Shown one piece after another: positions 50,760-60,346 of a stretch of 64,000 nt of DNA (its first letter is position 1; each line of letters opens with the position of its first letter). This DNA comes from Perkinsela sp. CCAP 1560/9 (Eukaryota > Protista > Euglenozoa: Kinetoplastea). The position numbers and the translations under genes were made by a program. The stretch is from contig CBFFSA010000001.1 of NCBI GenBank assembly GCA_965644495.1, positions 3,410,001 to 3,474,000 on the forward strand. The letters are read 5' to 3'. Under the pieces are notes generated by a model. That model was not told the origin of the DNA. It was given only the letters and a program-made list of their open reading frames with translations, and ran no database searches.

Positions 50760-51450
50760 TTTTCCTTTTCTTCCTCTCTCCCTCACCACCACCCCCTTCA
50801 CCACCATGCTTCTTCTCGCCCTCTCCCTCGACTCCACCACCCCCTCCCCCTCCCACCCCCTCCGCCCCTCCAAACTCCACACCTCCACCCTCCCCCCCGC
50901 CCACCACCTTGCCCGTTTCACGGCCAACCTCTCCCACCCCCACCCCTCCTGGGACCCCGCCCTCCCGCTGTGGCAGTGGCACCACGTGCTCTGTGGGCGT
51001 GCGGGCCAGCCCGTGGCCCTGGCCTGGGCCTCCCTCGGCCTCCGCGGCACCCCGCGCTGGGCCGCCCTCCCCCTGCTCCCCTCCCTCCAGGGCGTGGAGC
51101 TCACCCACAATGCGCTACGGGGCGAGATCCCCTGGGGGGAACTCCCGGAGTCCCTCCACACGTTACTGCTCGCCCACAACCGGTTTACCGGGCCGTTGTG
51201 GTGCCTGGGGGCAGGAGGGGGAAGACTCCCGGGCAAGCTGCAGATGCTTGATCTCGCCCATAATGGGTTTAGTGGGGAGGTGGATCTCTGTGGGGACGCC
51301 CTTCCGGGGTCTCTGCAGGAGATGGATTTAAGTGGGAATAGCGGGTTGTGGGGGAAAGTGGTGGTGTATGCACTGCCGCCGAGGTTGAGGAATTATGATT
51401 GGGAGGGGACAGGGATTGTGGAGTGTTATGATTGAACAAGGGGAGTCTTT
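50760..51450. other. C-to-G polarity island 6 (switch near 51150)
   Basis: C-rich at 50760-51110 (starting upstream of the ATG), G-rich at 51200-51450. Confidence 0.85.
50806..51435 (+). CDS. Leucine-rich repeat family protein (GC-island-remodelled paralogue)
   Basis: Leader LRPSKLHTSTLPPAHHLARF, cap HPSWDPALPLWQWHHVLC, LRRs (LPESLHTLLLAHNRFTG, LQMLDLAHNGFSG). Confidence 0.85.
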   Translation: MLLLALSLDSTTPSPSHPLRPSKLHTSTLPPAHHLARFTANLSHPHPSWDPALPLWQWHHVLCGRAGQPVALAWASLGLRGTPRWAALPLLPSLQGVELTHNALRGEIPWGELPESLHTLLLAHNRFTGPLWCLGAGGGRLPGKLQMLDLAHNGFSGEVDLCGDALPGSLQEMDLSGNSGLWGKVVVYALPPRLRNYDWEGTGIVECYD

Positions 51451-51685
51451 GGGTAGCGGATCAAAGGCTTGTAAAATATCGTTTGTATGATAGTGCCCGA
51501 TCGAACGCTTGTAATGTATAAAGATTAAAGATTTGAATCAACAGTTTGTGTCATACAAGAAGGTTCATCACATGGGGTCAGTAGGTTAACCGGCTTTTTC
51601 ATACGCGTACATGAATAACTTTGTTGCAAAAAGTATTTTTTGTGTTAGAAGAATTTTAGGATTAGTACATTCTATTGAAGAACAC

Positions 51686-52096
51686 ATGGGCAAACCAGAG
51701 ACTGCTCGATTCGGGCTACAAACCCGAAAATTCTCTTACAACCCTCTGCTCAGTCGCAAACAAATGGTTCTGGAGATCACCATGCCACCCAACAAAGGAA
51801 CAATCCCTCGCAAGGACGTCCGCCAGAAAGTACGCGAGCTTTTTAAAGTAGCGGACGAAAATCTTGTCTCCATTTACGGTTTTAAAAACGCATTCGGGGG
51901 CGGGAAGGTCACGGGTTTCTGTCTCATCTACGACAACCTTGATTCCTTGAAAAAGTACGAGCCAAATTACCGCCTGCTTCGCATTGGAATGGGTAAGAAG
52001 AGAGGTCCCGCGCGCAAGGGTGTGAAGGAGAAGAAGAACAAGCGCAAGAAGCTCCGTGGCAAGAATAAGGTCAAGCAGGTCAGCAAGAAGAAGTAA
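51686..52096 (+). CDS. RPS24: 40S ribosomal protein eS24
   Basis: TRKF..NPLLSRKQMV...GFK.AFGGGK.TGF.LIYD...LKKYEP.YRL; Lys-rich tail. Confidence 0.96.
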   Translation: MGKPETARFGLQTRKFSYNPLLSRKQMVLEITMPPNKGTIPRKDVRQKVRELFKVADENLVSIYGFKNAFGGGKVTGFCLIYDNLDSLKKYEPNYRLLRIGMGKKRGPARKGVKEKKNKRKKLRGKNKVKQVSKKK

Positions 52097-52344
52097 CAAA
52101 CCAAAATCGGTGCTGCCTAATGGTGATGCTAAGCTAGTGCAAGTTTTTTAGCCGACTATCTGTAGGTGCAGATGTCTGTGTAAGATAAAGAAACTAAAAA
52201 CTTTTTTCGCCATGTCCTTTGTTTTAATTTCGTAATGCTATTGTTATTAAAACAAAATAATATAAAACGGTCGACGTATCGCCCGCTCTATGGCAGCTTA
52301 CTACATAAAGTACATCTAGCTTTTACAGTTTTTTTAGGAGCCTC

Positions 52345-54228
52345 ATGCTTTTTCACTACACTCGAGGACTTCTCCGCTGGAAGTGGGCCAAACGACTCCC
52401 CCGGGTGCCCAACCCGAAACGATTTCTTCTCAAACTAAAACCTCCAATCCCAGTGGCACGGCGAGACCCGCGGGTGTGGTCCTCCGACAAGACCACACCA
52501 AAATCTTTTGCCGCCCCTATGTGGGACAACTGGGCGTACCGTGCCCGAAGTGAGGACACCGATGAAGCCCTGCAGCCGATCATGGATATGCCCGACTCCC
52601 TCAAGCAGCGTATGTTTGAGGTCCCCTGGTGGGCTAACCCCTTCGGGAGCTGGTACTTAAACAACATACTAAGCTTGGAGCTGCTTCGTATTCAATACCG
52701 CAAGCAGGATGTCAAGCCGGATAGTCAACCCGGCACAATTCAACCCGAGGCGCAGCAAACCTTTCTCGGGCCGAACACACGTTCTCTAGAAGAAAAAATT
52801 CGAATTTACCGAAAGTTTCGTCTAGAGGTGAATGCAGGCACTACTCTTTCCGAAGATGACGACAACGCGATTAAAAAACTTATCCAGCGCCGCTGGGCCT
52901 CACTTCAATTTGGGGAACGAACGAAGGGGTATCCTTGTACCTACGCGGACTATATTCTTTTTCTTAATGAGTGGTTCCGTTCAATGGATGAGGAGGGACG
53001 GACACGATTACGTGAGCACTTCGATAAGAACATACGCCCTCTTCTCTCCGTAATGTCTCACAGTGACGTGCAGTACTTGGAGGCGAAAACCCAAAACTCA
53101 ATGACACCGGAACTGGAGAAGCGGGTAGCTATCTACTCCAATGTCGGCACCCCCGAGTTCTTAGAAATGTCTCAGAGATTGAAATATGAGATCAATGAAG
53201 ACTACAAAGTCCGCGATGAACTCGGCCCGGAGATGTTTGCGTTGTGGACCAAAGCTCCGGAGCGCTGGCCTCCAGAACGCCTTGCAAAAATGTACAGCCT
53301 GGACTTTACTACAGTACGTAAGATACTGGTGTGGCATCATTTCAAGGCTTGCTATGATAGCTGCGTGGAACCCGACTGGTCTCTCCCCAAACGATTGTTC
53401 GCCTTGGAGTGGATTCGCGATGCCCGCGCTCGGCAAGCTGGGAAATTCTACGGACGTATGCGGTTCGCGGAGAATAAAATCAATTTCATGAATGATCGAC
53501 AACTGTTCAGTGACTTCTTACGTAGACGAGAGGCGAGTTATGAACATGTATGGGATATGGACGACCCGTATCGATTTCTGCAAACGGAACGCGATCTCGA
53601 GGACTACTTTGGTGACAACTATGATCTGTACCGTCGTCTGTTTCCGGAGATGATTGGGAGAACCGGGGAGCCTGTAATGAAGTACGCAAGCATGCCCTAC
53701 TGGGCAGGAGATCATCAGGAGCCGTTTCGAAAATCTCCATACAACTGGTTGTTCGCTGAAATTGGAATTAACGTTGGATACGACGCCACGAAAAAACTTG
53801 AACTTGATCCTACCAATGAGAAGCGGCGTCGTTTTATTGTGCAGCAACCGGACGGCACCTTGCGCTCGGCGAAGATGTCTGAGATGCGAGCATGGTACTG
53901 GAAAGAGAACTGGGCGGATTTCCGTTTTTGGACACCTCATATGGAGTGGGGGCAGCAGGACTCCCCCTCTCATGAGTCCTACCAGGATTTACACCGCAAC
54001 ACTTCTGATGCGGACTATCGAAAAGGGAAGCGTCTCTCCTCGAACCCGACAAAGTGGTTTTATGAGTCGCACTACACCCGTACTGGTCGAATTAATTTTG
54101 ACAGCACTCGATTGAAAGACACACAGCGAAAACGCCCCGTGATTTACCCACAGGTCGTGAATCCTCCCTCGGTGCAGCTAAGAAGTAAGGCAAAGTTTAA
54201 ATTGTTCCAAATGGTTCCTGAGGTGTAG
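52345..54228 (+). CDS. Kinetoplastid mitochondrial ribosomal SSU protein (T. brucei mS22-like)
   Basis: Long motifs recalled from the T. brucei mitoribosomal protein: PWWANPFG.WYL.NILSLEL, YEINEDYKVRDELGPE, KAPERWPPERL, QPDGTLRSAKMSEMRAWYWKE. Confidence 0.8.
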   Translation: MLFHYTRGLLRWKWAKRLPRVPNPKRFLLKLKPPIPVARRDPRVWSSDKTTPKSFAAPMWDNWAYRARSEDTDEALQPIMDMPDSLKQRMFEVPWWANPFGSWYLNNILSLELLRIQYRKQDVKPDSQPGTIQPEAQQTFLGPNTRSLEEKIRIYRKFRLEVNAGTTLSEDDDNAIKKLIQRRWASLQFGERTKGYPCTYADYILFLNEWFRSMDEEGRTRLREHFDKNIRPLLSVMSHSDVQYLEAKTQNSMTPELEKRVAIYSNVGTPEFLEMSQRLKYEINEDYKVRDELGPEMFALWTKAPERWPPERLAKMYSLDFTTVRKILVWHHFKACYDSCVEPDWSLPKRLFALEWIRDARARQAGKFYGRMRFAENKINFMNDRQLFSDFLRRREASYEHVWDMDDPYRFLQTERDLEDYFGDNYDLYRRLFPEMIGRTGEPVMKYASMPYWAGDHQEPFRKSPYNWLFAEIGINVGYDATKKLELDPTNEKRRRFIVQQPDGTLRSAKMSEMRAWYWKENWADFRFWTPHMEWGQQDSPSHESYQDLHRNTSDADYRKGKRLSSNPTKWFYESHYTRTGRINFDSTRLKDTQRKRPVIYPQVVNPPSVQLRSKAKFKLFQMVPEV

Positions 54229-54604
54229 TCCTGCACGTACACAGGTGTAAGACCCTGCAAAGTTTGATTTTTCGAGACGCTGGTTGGATCAATCGATATT
54301 GATCTTCCATCAGCAAAAGCAGTTGAGACTGATTGGTCTCTACAGTGTATGTAGAACTCAAGAGAAGGTAGTGAAGAGGAAATGATTCGATGGCTTGCAC
54401 ATAGTGGTAAACCTAAAGTACAGATTGGAGCGTCCCTGAAACGCGTTGAAAAATGTTTTGTGGTTTTCCTATCTCATGAAGTTGATGTACACAACTTGTT
54501 CATATTCGTATGGCCTTATATTCTGTCAAACTACACTAGTAATAAAATATTGAGCCAGCCTCTCGATCTCTTTGATTACATTTTCCTCTTCAAACCACAT
54601 CACT

Positions 54605-55318
54605 ATGTACCGCATTTCACGCTACTGGTTTGCTGCCACCTCCGCCGTACATGCCACACAAAACCGAAAAGTTCACAAACCCCAAACTCCCCCGGAAGCC
54701 GAATCCGCAAGCCAACACGGCCCTTCCCCCCACCCCAACCCCAACGCCAAAACACCGGCCGGAACCGAAAGCGGTCTGCAGGCCCCGAAGAAGCCTCGGC
54801 GGTTTACGATTATGACCACAACCACCAAGGCGGTTCATGTGCACTACCGGAATATGCTCTCCCTGTGGTGGTGGTACGTGGCCCGGGGCCCACGCTACCT
54901 GGCCGTCGCGACATTTACCTTTATTGCCAGCGCACTTATCTACCGTGCAAAAAAGGGACAGCAGAAATCCGCCGAGTGTGTAATGCTCGGGGAGAACTTA
55001 CTCGATGAACGCACAAAGGAGCTGCTCGGGGATATTGAGAAACTTCGTGAGAAAGACCCGGTGAGACTGGAGAAGGAGGCGAACACATTTCACGAACAGT
55101 TTTGGAAGACCCGGGCGCTTGCCGTGACGGAGGATCGCCACCACCGACGGTCGCTCGAGAAGAAACAAATCCAGGCGATCTCCGCGAGTACCGGTACGGA
55201 TATGTCGGAATGGATGGAGGCAAAGGTGAAGGACACAAAGGAGAAGGAGGTGGCACGACGTACGCATGACTATATTCAAGGCTTTCATACCCACCTGAAG
55301 GTGCGGAGATTGATTTAG
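54605..55318 (+). CDS. Probable mitochondrial single-pass membrane protein
   Basis: Presequence-like MYRISRYWFA; one TM segment (LAVATFTFIASALIY); charged helical C-terminus. Confidence 0.62.
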   Translation: MYRISRYWFAATSAVHATQNRKVHKPQTPPEAESASQHGPSPHPNPNAKTPAGTESGLQAPKKPRRFTIMTTTTKAVHVHYRNMLSLWWWYVARGPRYLAVATFTFIASALIYRAKKGQQKSAECVMLGENLLDERTKELLGDIEKLREKDPVRLEKEANTFHEQFWKTRALAVTEDRHHRRSLEKKQIQAISASTGTDMSEWMEAKVKDTKEKEVARRTHDYIQGFHTHLKVRRLI

Positions 55319-55638
55319 TAATGACTGGAAATCCTGACTTTCAGTGCAGTGTACATGTGTATACTGCACTGCGCTAGTTTCATGTTTTTAGAACCTTTGC
55401 TCCTGGATGCGGAATGTCTTCTTGGATGTGGTGGTAAACCGCATGAGTGGACCAATGCGTTTGGCTTTCGTCGAATATCCTTTGGGACTCCTAAATCATT
55501 CATATTTTTAAGTCGCGTGTATATTCTACCACAATGGAAAAAAACCACAATACAATGTATGTACACGTATCGTATCCTTTTTAGCATATTATACTACACT
55601 TAGGAATTAGAAAATAAGATAGTTCGAATCGGCAAACA

Positions 55639-56517
55639 ATGCCACTTCTTCTAATAGGACTCGGACTAGGCGATGAAAGTGATATCACACAGAGGGGTCG
55701 AACGCTACTCCGTAGTGCCGAGAAGGTATATCTCGAGTACTATACCTCTCTGCTCTGCAACCCAGACTCTCTACAAAGTGTTACCAACTCTACCACGCAC
55801 GACTTTGAGAAACCCGTAATGCTTTGTGGACGATCGGCTTCGATTGCGGGCAGGGAGTTTATTGAGGACGGCACTCAATTGCTTTGCGAGGCAAAAACTC
55901 AGTCCGTGGCTTTACTTGTAGTCGGTGATCCCTTTGGTGCCACAACACACAGTGATCTTTACGTAAGGTGTGTACGGAGCCAAATCCCTGTAGAGGTCGT
56001 GCACAACGCCAGTATAATCAACGCCATCGGATGTACCGGATTGCAGCTCTACCGTTTCGGATCCACCATTACTCTGTGTCTGTGGACAGAGTCTTGGAAA
56101 CCGGAGAGTTGGTATTCTGCTCTGGAGGGCAACCTGAGCCGTGGCTTACACACCCTTGTGCTACTTGATATAAAAATACGTGAGCAAACCGAGGACAGTT
56201 TAGCCAGAGGAAGTTTATCCCAACGTCAGTACTTATCCCCACGCTTTATGACGTCAAGGGAGGGCGCGGACCAACTATTGGAAGTGTCACAGCGTCAACC
56301 GCACAGTTTGATATCGGCGTCGTCCAAGATTGTGGCAGTTGCTAGAATCGGTTCTTCCTCACAGGCCATAGCGTACTGTACACTGGGGGAGCTTGCGGAA
56401 GGTGCTGCGGATGAGGTCCTAGGAGGACCTTTGCACTCTCTTGTGGTCCCGGCGCCCGAGCTTCACGAATGTGAAATGAGTCATTTGCAGTGTATTGCAT
56501 GGACCTCATCTGGATAA
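55639..56517 (+). CDS. DPH5: Diphthine methyl ester synthase
   Basis: IGLGLGD..DIT, VYLEYYTS, LLVVGDPFGATTHSDL, HNASI..A.GC.GLQLY.FG, GLHTL.LLDIK, GGPLHSL. Confidence 0.96.
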   Translation: MPLLLIGLGLGDESDITQRGRTLLRSAEKVYLEYYTSLLCNPDSLQSVTNSTTHDFEKPVMLCGRSASIAGREFIEDGTQLLCEAKTQSVALLVVGDPFGATTHSDLYVRCVRSQIPVEVVHNASIINAIGCTGLQLYRFGSTITLCLWTESWKPESWYSALEGNLSRGLHTLVLLDIKIREQTEDSLARGSLSQRQYLSPRFMTSREGADQLLEVSQRQPHSLISASSKIVAVARIGSSSQAIAYCTLGELAEGAADEVLGGPLHSLVVPAPELHECEMSHLQCIAWTSSG

Positions 56518-56772
56518 TATGGATGAACCAGAGGGATGCTCTAAGCCTTTGTACACGTGAGTGCAGTTAGTGATCGTCCAAGCAAAAGAGCATGGAAGAG
56601 GTGATGTTTATTTGCGGACACAGACTGGGTGATTTTTAACTTTGGAAACGAAGTATTGTGGTTGACCTGAAAAACAAGTAAGAGTAATATCGAAATTCTT
56701 TTTTCAAATAGGCAAATTTTTTTGTCTACTTTTCCAAAGCATTTCTTATTTCTTTGCTATACGTCGTATTCG

Positions 56773-57846
56773 ATGAATGTTTTTCTCTCATTGGTGACCC
56801 TCTTGGCCCTGTCGAGCAGCCCAAGGTCTGGATCTTCCGGATTTTCTTCTTTTTCTCTTGTTGCACTGCCTTGTTTCAGTCAGCTTAGTCTTATGTGCCA
56901 CAGCGCTGAAGAAGAGGAACAAATTACTATTGAAGACTCATCAGAAGTTGAACAAAGAAATAAGAAACGCCGACGCCAGGAAAATTCTAGAACTCCCAAT
57001 GTGCGTGATCCTCCTCCAGGGGTCGAAGAGCCAGAGGCTAAGTCACTTGACGAGGCGCATGCAAAACTTTCGACGATTCTACACACTCTCAAAGATTCTC
57101 TGAAGCAAGGTAAAGGCTTTGTCGATGGTCAAATTCTAGAAAATCTACACGCGCAGCACGAGCGGCACCAGTTCACAGTGGCATTACTACAACGAAAACA
57201 CCGTATGATGACGGAGGGTCAACGCCTAGGGACCTCACCCGATCAATTTCTTATGCTCTTCCAAACCCTCCCTGGTAAGTTGAAAGAATTTACCGAACTT
57301 GTGAACACGCAAAAAGAGCGACATGCTCGCGTGCTGGAATCCACCCTGGAGGTCTTGCGATCTCACAACAGTCCCATCGACACTTCTCTTCTCGCCTACT
57401 GTGAGCAGAAGTGGAAAGACAAGGCGTACGCCTCGCTGAGTAAAATCAACGAAATGTTACGACGACACTCCGCGATACGTTCCCGCTGGTGGGCCGGATT
57501 TACCCCATTTGAGTGGGTATGGATCACACAGCACATTGCGGTGTATTACGTACTTTATATTTTACTACGTGCCGCAGTCTACTATGCCGTGGGAAACCGG
57601 CACGGGGGTTTCATTCAATGTACCTACCGCTACATGTTACCTCTGTTCTCCTTTGTTATCTTTGGCGTGCTACACACTGAATCTAAAAGCCTACTGACGC
57701 TGTCCCTCACACGATGGCGAGTGTTTGTGATTTATGCTATCTTGCTTTGGGTGGTATATCTTTGTGAGTACGTGCGCAGCGTACTGCGCGCATTGTACTT
57801 GTTACGCAGGCGTCGTGGCACAAAATCTGTTATACGGAAGGAGTGA
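56773..57846 (+). CDS. Hypothetical protein, coiled-coil middle and C-terminal TM segments
   Basis: About 357-aa ORF with three C-terminal hydrophobic segments; start could be 56893. Confidence 0.65.
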   Translation: MNVFLSLVTLLALSSSPRSGSSGFSSFSLVALPCFSQLSLMCHSAEEEEQITIEDSSEVEQRNKKRRRQENSRTPNVRDPPPGVEEPEAKSLDEAHAKLSTILHTLKDSLKQGKGFVDGQILENLHAQHERHQFTVALLQRKHRMMTEGQRLGTSPDQFLMLFQTLPGKLKEFTELVNTQKERHARVLESTLEVLRSHNSPIDTSLLAYCEQKWKDKAYASLSKINEMLRRHSAIRSRWWAGFTPFEWVWITQHIAVYYVLYILLRAAVYYAVGNRHGGFIQCTYRYMLPLFSFVIFGVLHTESKSLLTLSLTRWRVFVIYAILLWVVYLCEYVRSVLRALYLLRRRRGTKSVIRKE

Positions 57847-58288
57847 TGCTCCGCGTGGTATGTCTTTTTAGTTGGACCACTGCCTAATGTAGGAGCATGC
57901 GTACGGAGCAAACACAGGGTACTGTATCTTGACCTTGTTCAAGAGATTCATTTTGTTTTCCTTTTTAACTTTCGCATAAGAATCGTTTAATTCTGTGATC
58001 TTTTTTCCATACTTAGAGGATCACTTAAAAAGTTAGCCTACTTTGTTAATTCCTCGAAACGAAAACATTTTTAGAGCTTAGTGGTGCTTCCGTATTCTAT
58101 AAATTACGGAGGTATGTACATGTATACGGAGGTACGTTGGCGGGAACACTATACACTGTACTTTGACATTTGAGTCATAGTGCTGAGCGTGTTTCGTGAG
58201 TTACTACTGATTTGATCGCCATCTTGTTTGTTTCTCTTTTCCTTACTGTTTTCTACCAATTCATATTTTCTTATGAGCTTACTTGGCG

Positions 58289-58468
58289 ATGGATCTAGGT
58301 AACAATGAAAAATTACTAGGAGACGTCCAATACATCATGAACTATGACATAGCTCATCACATGCAAAAGGTACTCAAGCAAATAACTTGTAAACTTCCTA
58401 CAGATCCAATTGAGTTTATGATTCGATACTTCGAGACATTAGAAGAAATTGGCGCTAAAAGCACCTGA
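58289..58468 (+). CDS. Small Dpy-30/RIIa-like dimerisation-docking domain protein
   Basis: YIMNYDI...MQKVLKQI..KLPTDPIEFMIRYF matches the PxDPxxFxxxYF motif; preceded by a pyrimidine-rich tract. Confidence 0.6.
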   Translation: MDLGNNEKLLGDVQYIMNYDIAHHMQKVLKQITCKLPTDPIEFMIRYFETLEEIGAKST

Positions 58469-59351
58469 AATGCATGTACTACCAAGATTCTGACATAACA
58501 TTTTCTACGTGTGCACTTTGCGCACTTTTGGCGCAAATTTACCACCGGCCTACGGTGCAAATCTCAGCTCCTATTTATCGAGTCTTCTCGTGTGTGACCT
58601 AATGAAAAAACAGAGCAAGTGGGAAGTAGGTTCTCGTGATCCTAGAAGCAGGCCGTGAAGTAAAAGGCACTGTTTCAAAAATGATGGTTTACCTTTAAGA
58701 TTGGTCACGCAAAAAAATCTGATTGTGAAAATTAAAAGAAAATTAAAACTCAGTGTTAAACCTCTGAAAATGAATGAAAGGTTTTGTATCTATCATACAC
58801 GAATTATACGTGCATCATACAGGATGCATCATACATGTATACATGTACGTGCATCAAACAATCATACGTTCATTTCGATACATACGACTGTCCATCTTGT
58901 ACGTTTTTGTGTAAATTCTTGTACAAAAATATCACCGGCTTCTGTTCGTACTTTAATTTATTGAAAGTGCTTTGAATTTGTTTATCCTTTTACTTCTCTT
59001 TCTTCATAACATATCTTTGATAATTCGGTAATGACATCTCCTGATCACAATTCGAATTCATCGGCATCTGATATTTCCCACAATGAGAATTTTGATCCGA
59101 AAATGTGGACTATTCCGAAAGTGGATAACTTGTCTGATGAAATCGACGATAAACTAGCAGAGTTTATTCAAAAAAGGGAGCAAGAGTTCGAAAAAGCTTA
59201 ACCTGTAAGGACGGAACGAATCTTTGATCTTTGTGATCTTCCATACGACAGTACCGTTTCTAATGTGCTCTTTGAAACGCCTTATCATACATGTATAATT
59301 AATTTTACATCTTGATCTTTCCTGCACATTTGTTTGTGTTTCTTGCACATA

Positions 59352-59658
59352 CTGTACCCCCCTGTTTATAATAGCCTCGACCCCTCCCCCCCTTTATAGG
59401 TTCTTTTTTTTGGCGAACCACGGAAAATGTTTTTAATTTTCTTGCACCGTCTTAACTATTTTGATATTTTCACGTGGTTCTTCGAGGTATGGCGCGGGGT
59501 GGTGCTGGACATTTTACTTTGGCAGAGCACCGGGGCCCACTTTGCGATTGAATAATCGCCCAAATGTAGGGCGATTTCTGTGCGAACTTTTAATCGCCCT
59601 CCCCCCTTTATAGGTTCATTTGGGCCAAAGCGAGGCTATTATAAACGGGGGGGTACAG
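59352..59658. mobile_element. MITE (307 bp, TA-flanked, 28-bp TIR)
   Basis: TA|CTGTACCCCCCTGTTTATAATAGCCTCG...CGAGGCTATTATAAACGGGGGGGTACAG|TA (27/28 match); internal direct repeat ccctcccccctttataggttc. Confidence 0.92.
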
Positions 59659-59913
59659 TATATTTATTTCGGAGTAATGTGACCCCCACCTAGTTTAGTG
59701 CCGCGGGGTACCCTCCCTCACCTACCTAGTGCCGTTTTTCTACATTTTTGGTTTCAGCTTTTTTGGAGGGTGGGAAGAAAATTTGGAGGATACAGTATGT
59801 ATCTTTTGCTTGACTCACGTGAAACGAATAGCATACTTACAGGCCTAGAAGTTTCTATCAATTGTAATTCAATTTACTGTGCCCCCCCTCCACTTATAGT
59901 GCCGCGGGGTACT

Positions 59914-60155
59914 CCCCCACTTATAGTGCCGTTTTGACAAAAATGTTCGAAAAATGACTAATTGTTTTTGTCCAAAAAGTACAGTAAACATGGTGGAAAT
60001 TTCTAACATTGAGTGGCTTCAAAGTTGAAAACAGCCACCACGTTTAACTAAGCCACTCAATGTTAGAAATTTCCACCATGTTTACTGTACTTTTTGGACA
60101 AAAACAATTAGTCATTTTTCGAACATTTTCGTCAAAACGGCACTATAAGTGGGGG
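59914..60155. repeat. Near-perfect 106-bp inverted repeat with a 30-nt spacer
   Basis: 59914-60019 pairs with 60050-60155; one mismatch seen. Confidence 0.93.
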
Positions 60156-60168
60156 GGCTATAAGAATA

Positions 60169-60346
60169 ACCGAGGGCAAAGTGGACGAGGGAGTACCATT
60201 AGTTTAGGTGCGGCATTTTCCACAGAAAAAACGGCATCTCTACCTTTTTAGGCGCTTGTCTTCATGCCATAAGGGAGATACCGTTTTTCCTGCGGAAACT
60301 GCCGCACCTAAACTATTGGTACTCCCTCGTCCACTTTGCCCTGGGT
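60169..60346. mobile_element. Fold-back MITE (178 bp, arms about 72 bp)
   Basis: TA|ACCGAGGGCAAAGTGGACGAGGGAGTACCA...TGGTACTCCCTCGTCCACTTTGCCCTGGGT|TA. Confidence 0.85.

Noticed and set aside
59031-59201. 56-aa acidic ORF on the + strand
   Set aside because: Short, no motif, and lies in a repeat-rich spacer; cannot be supported
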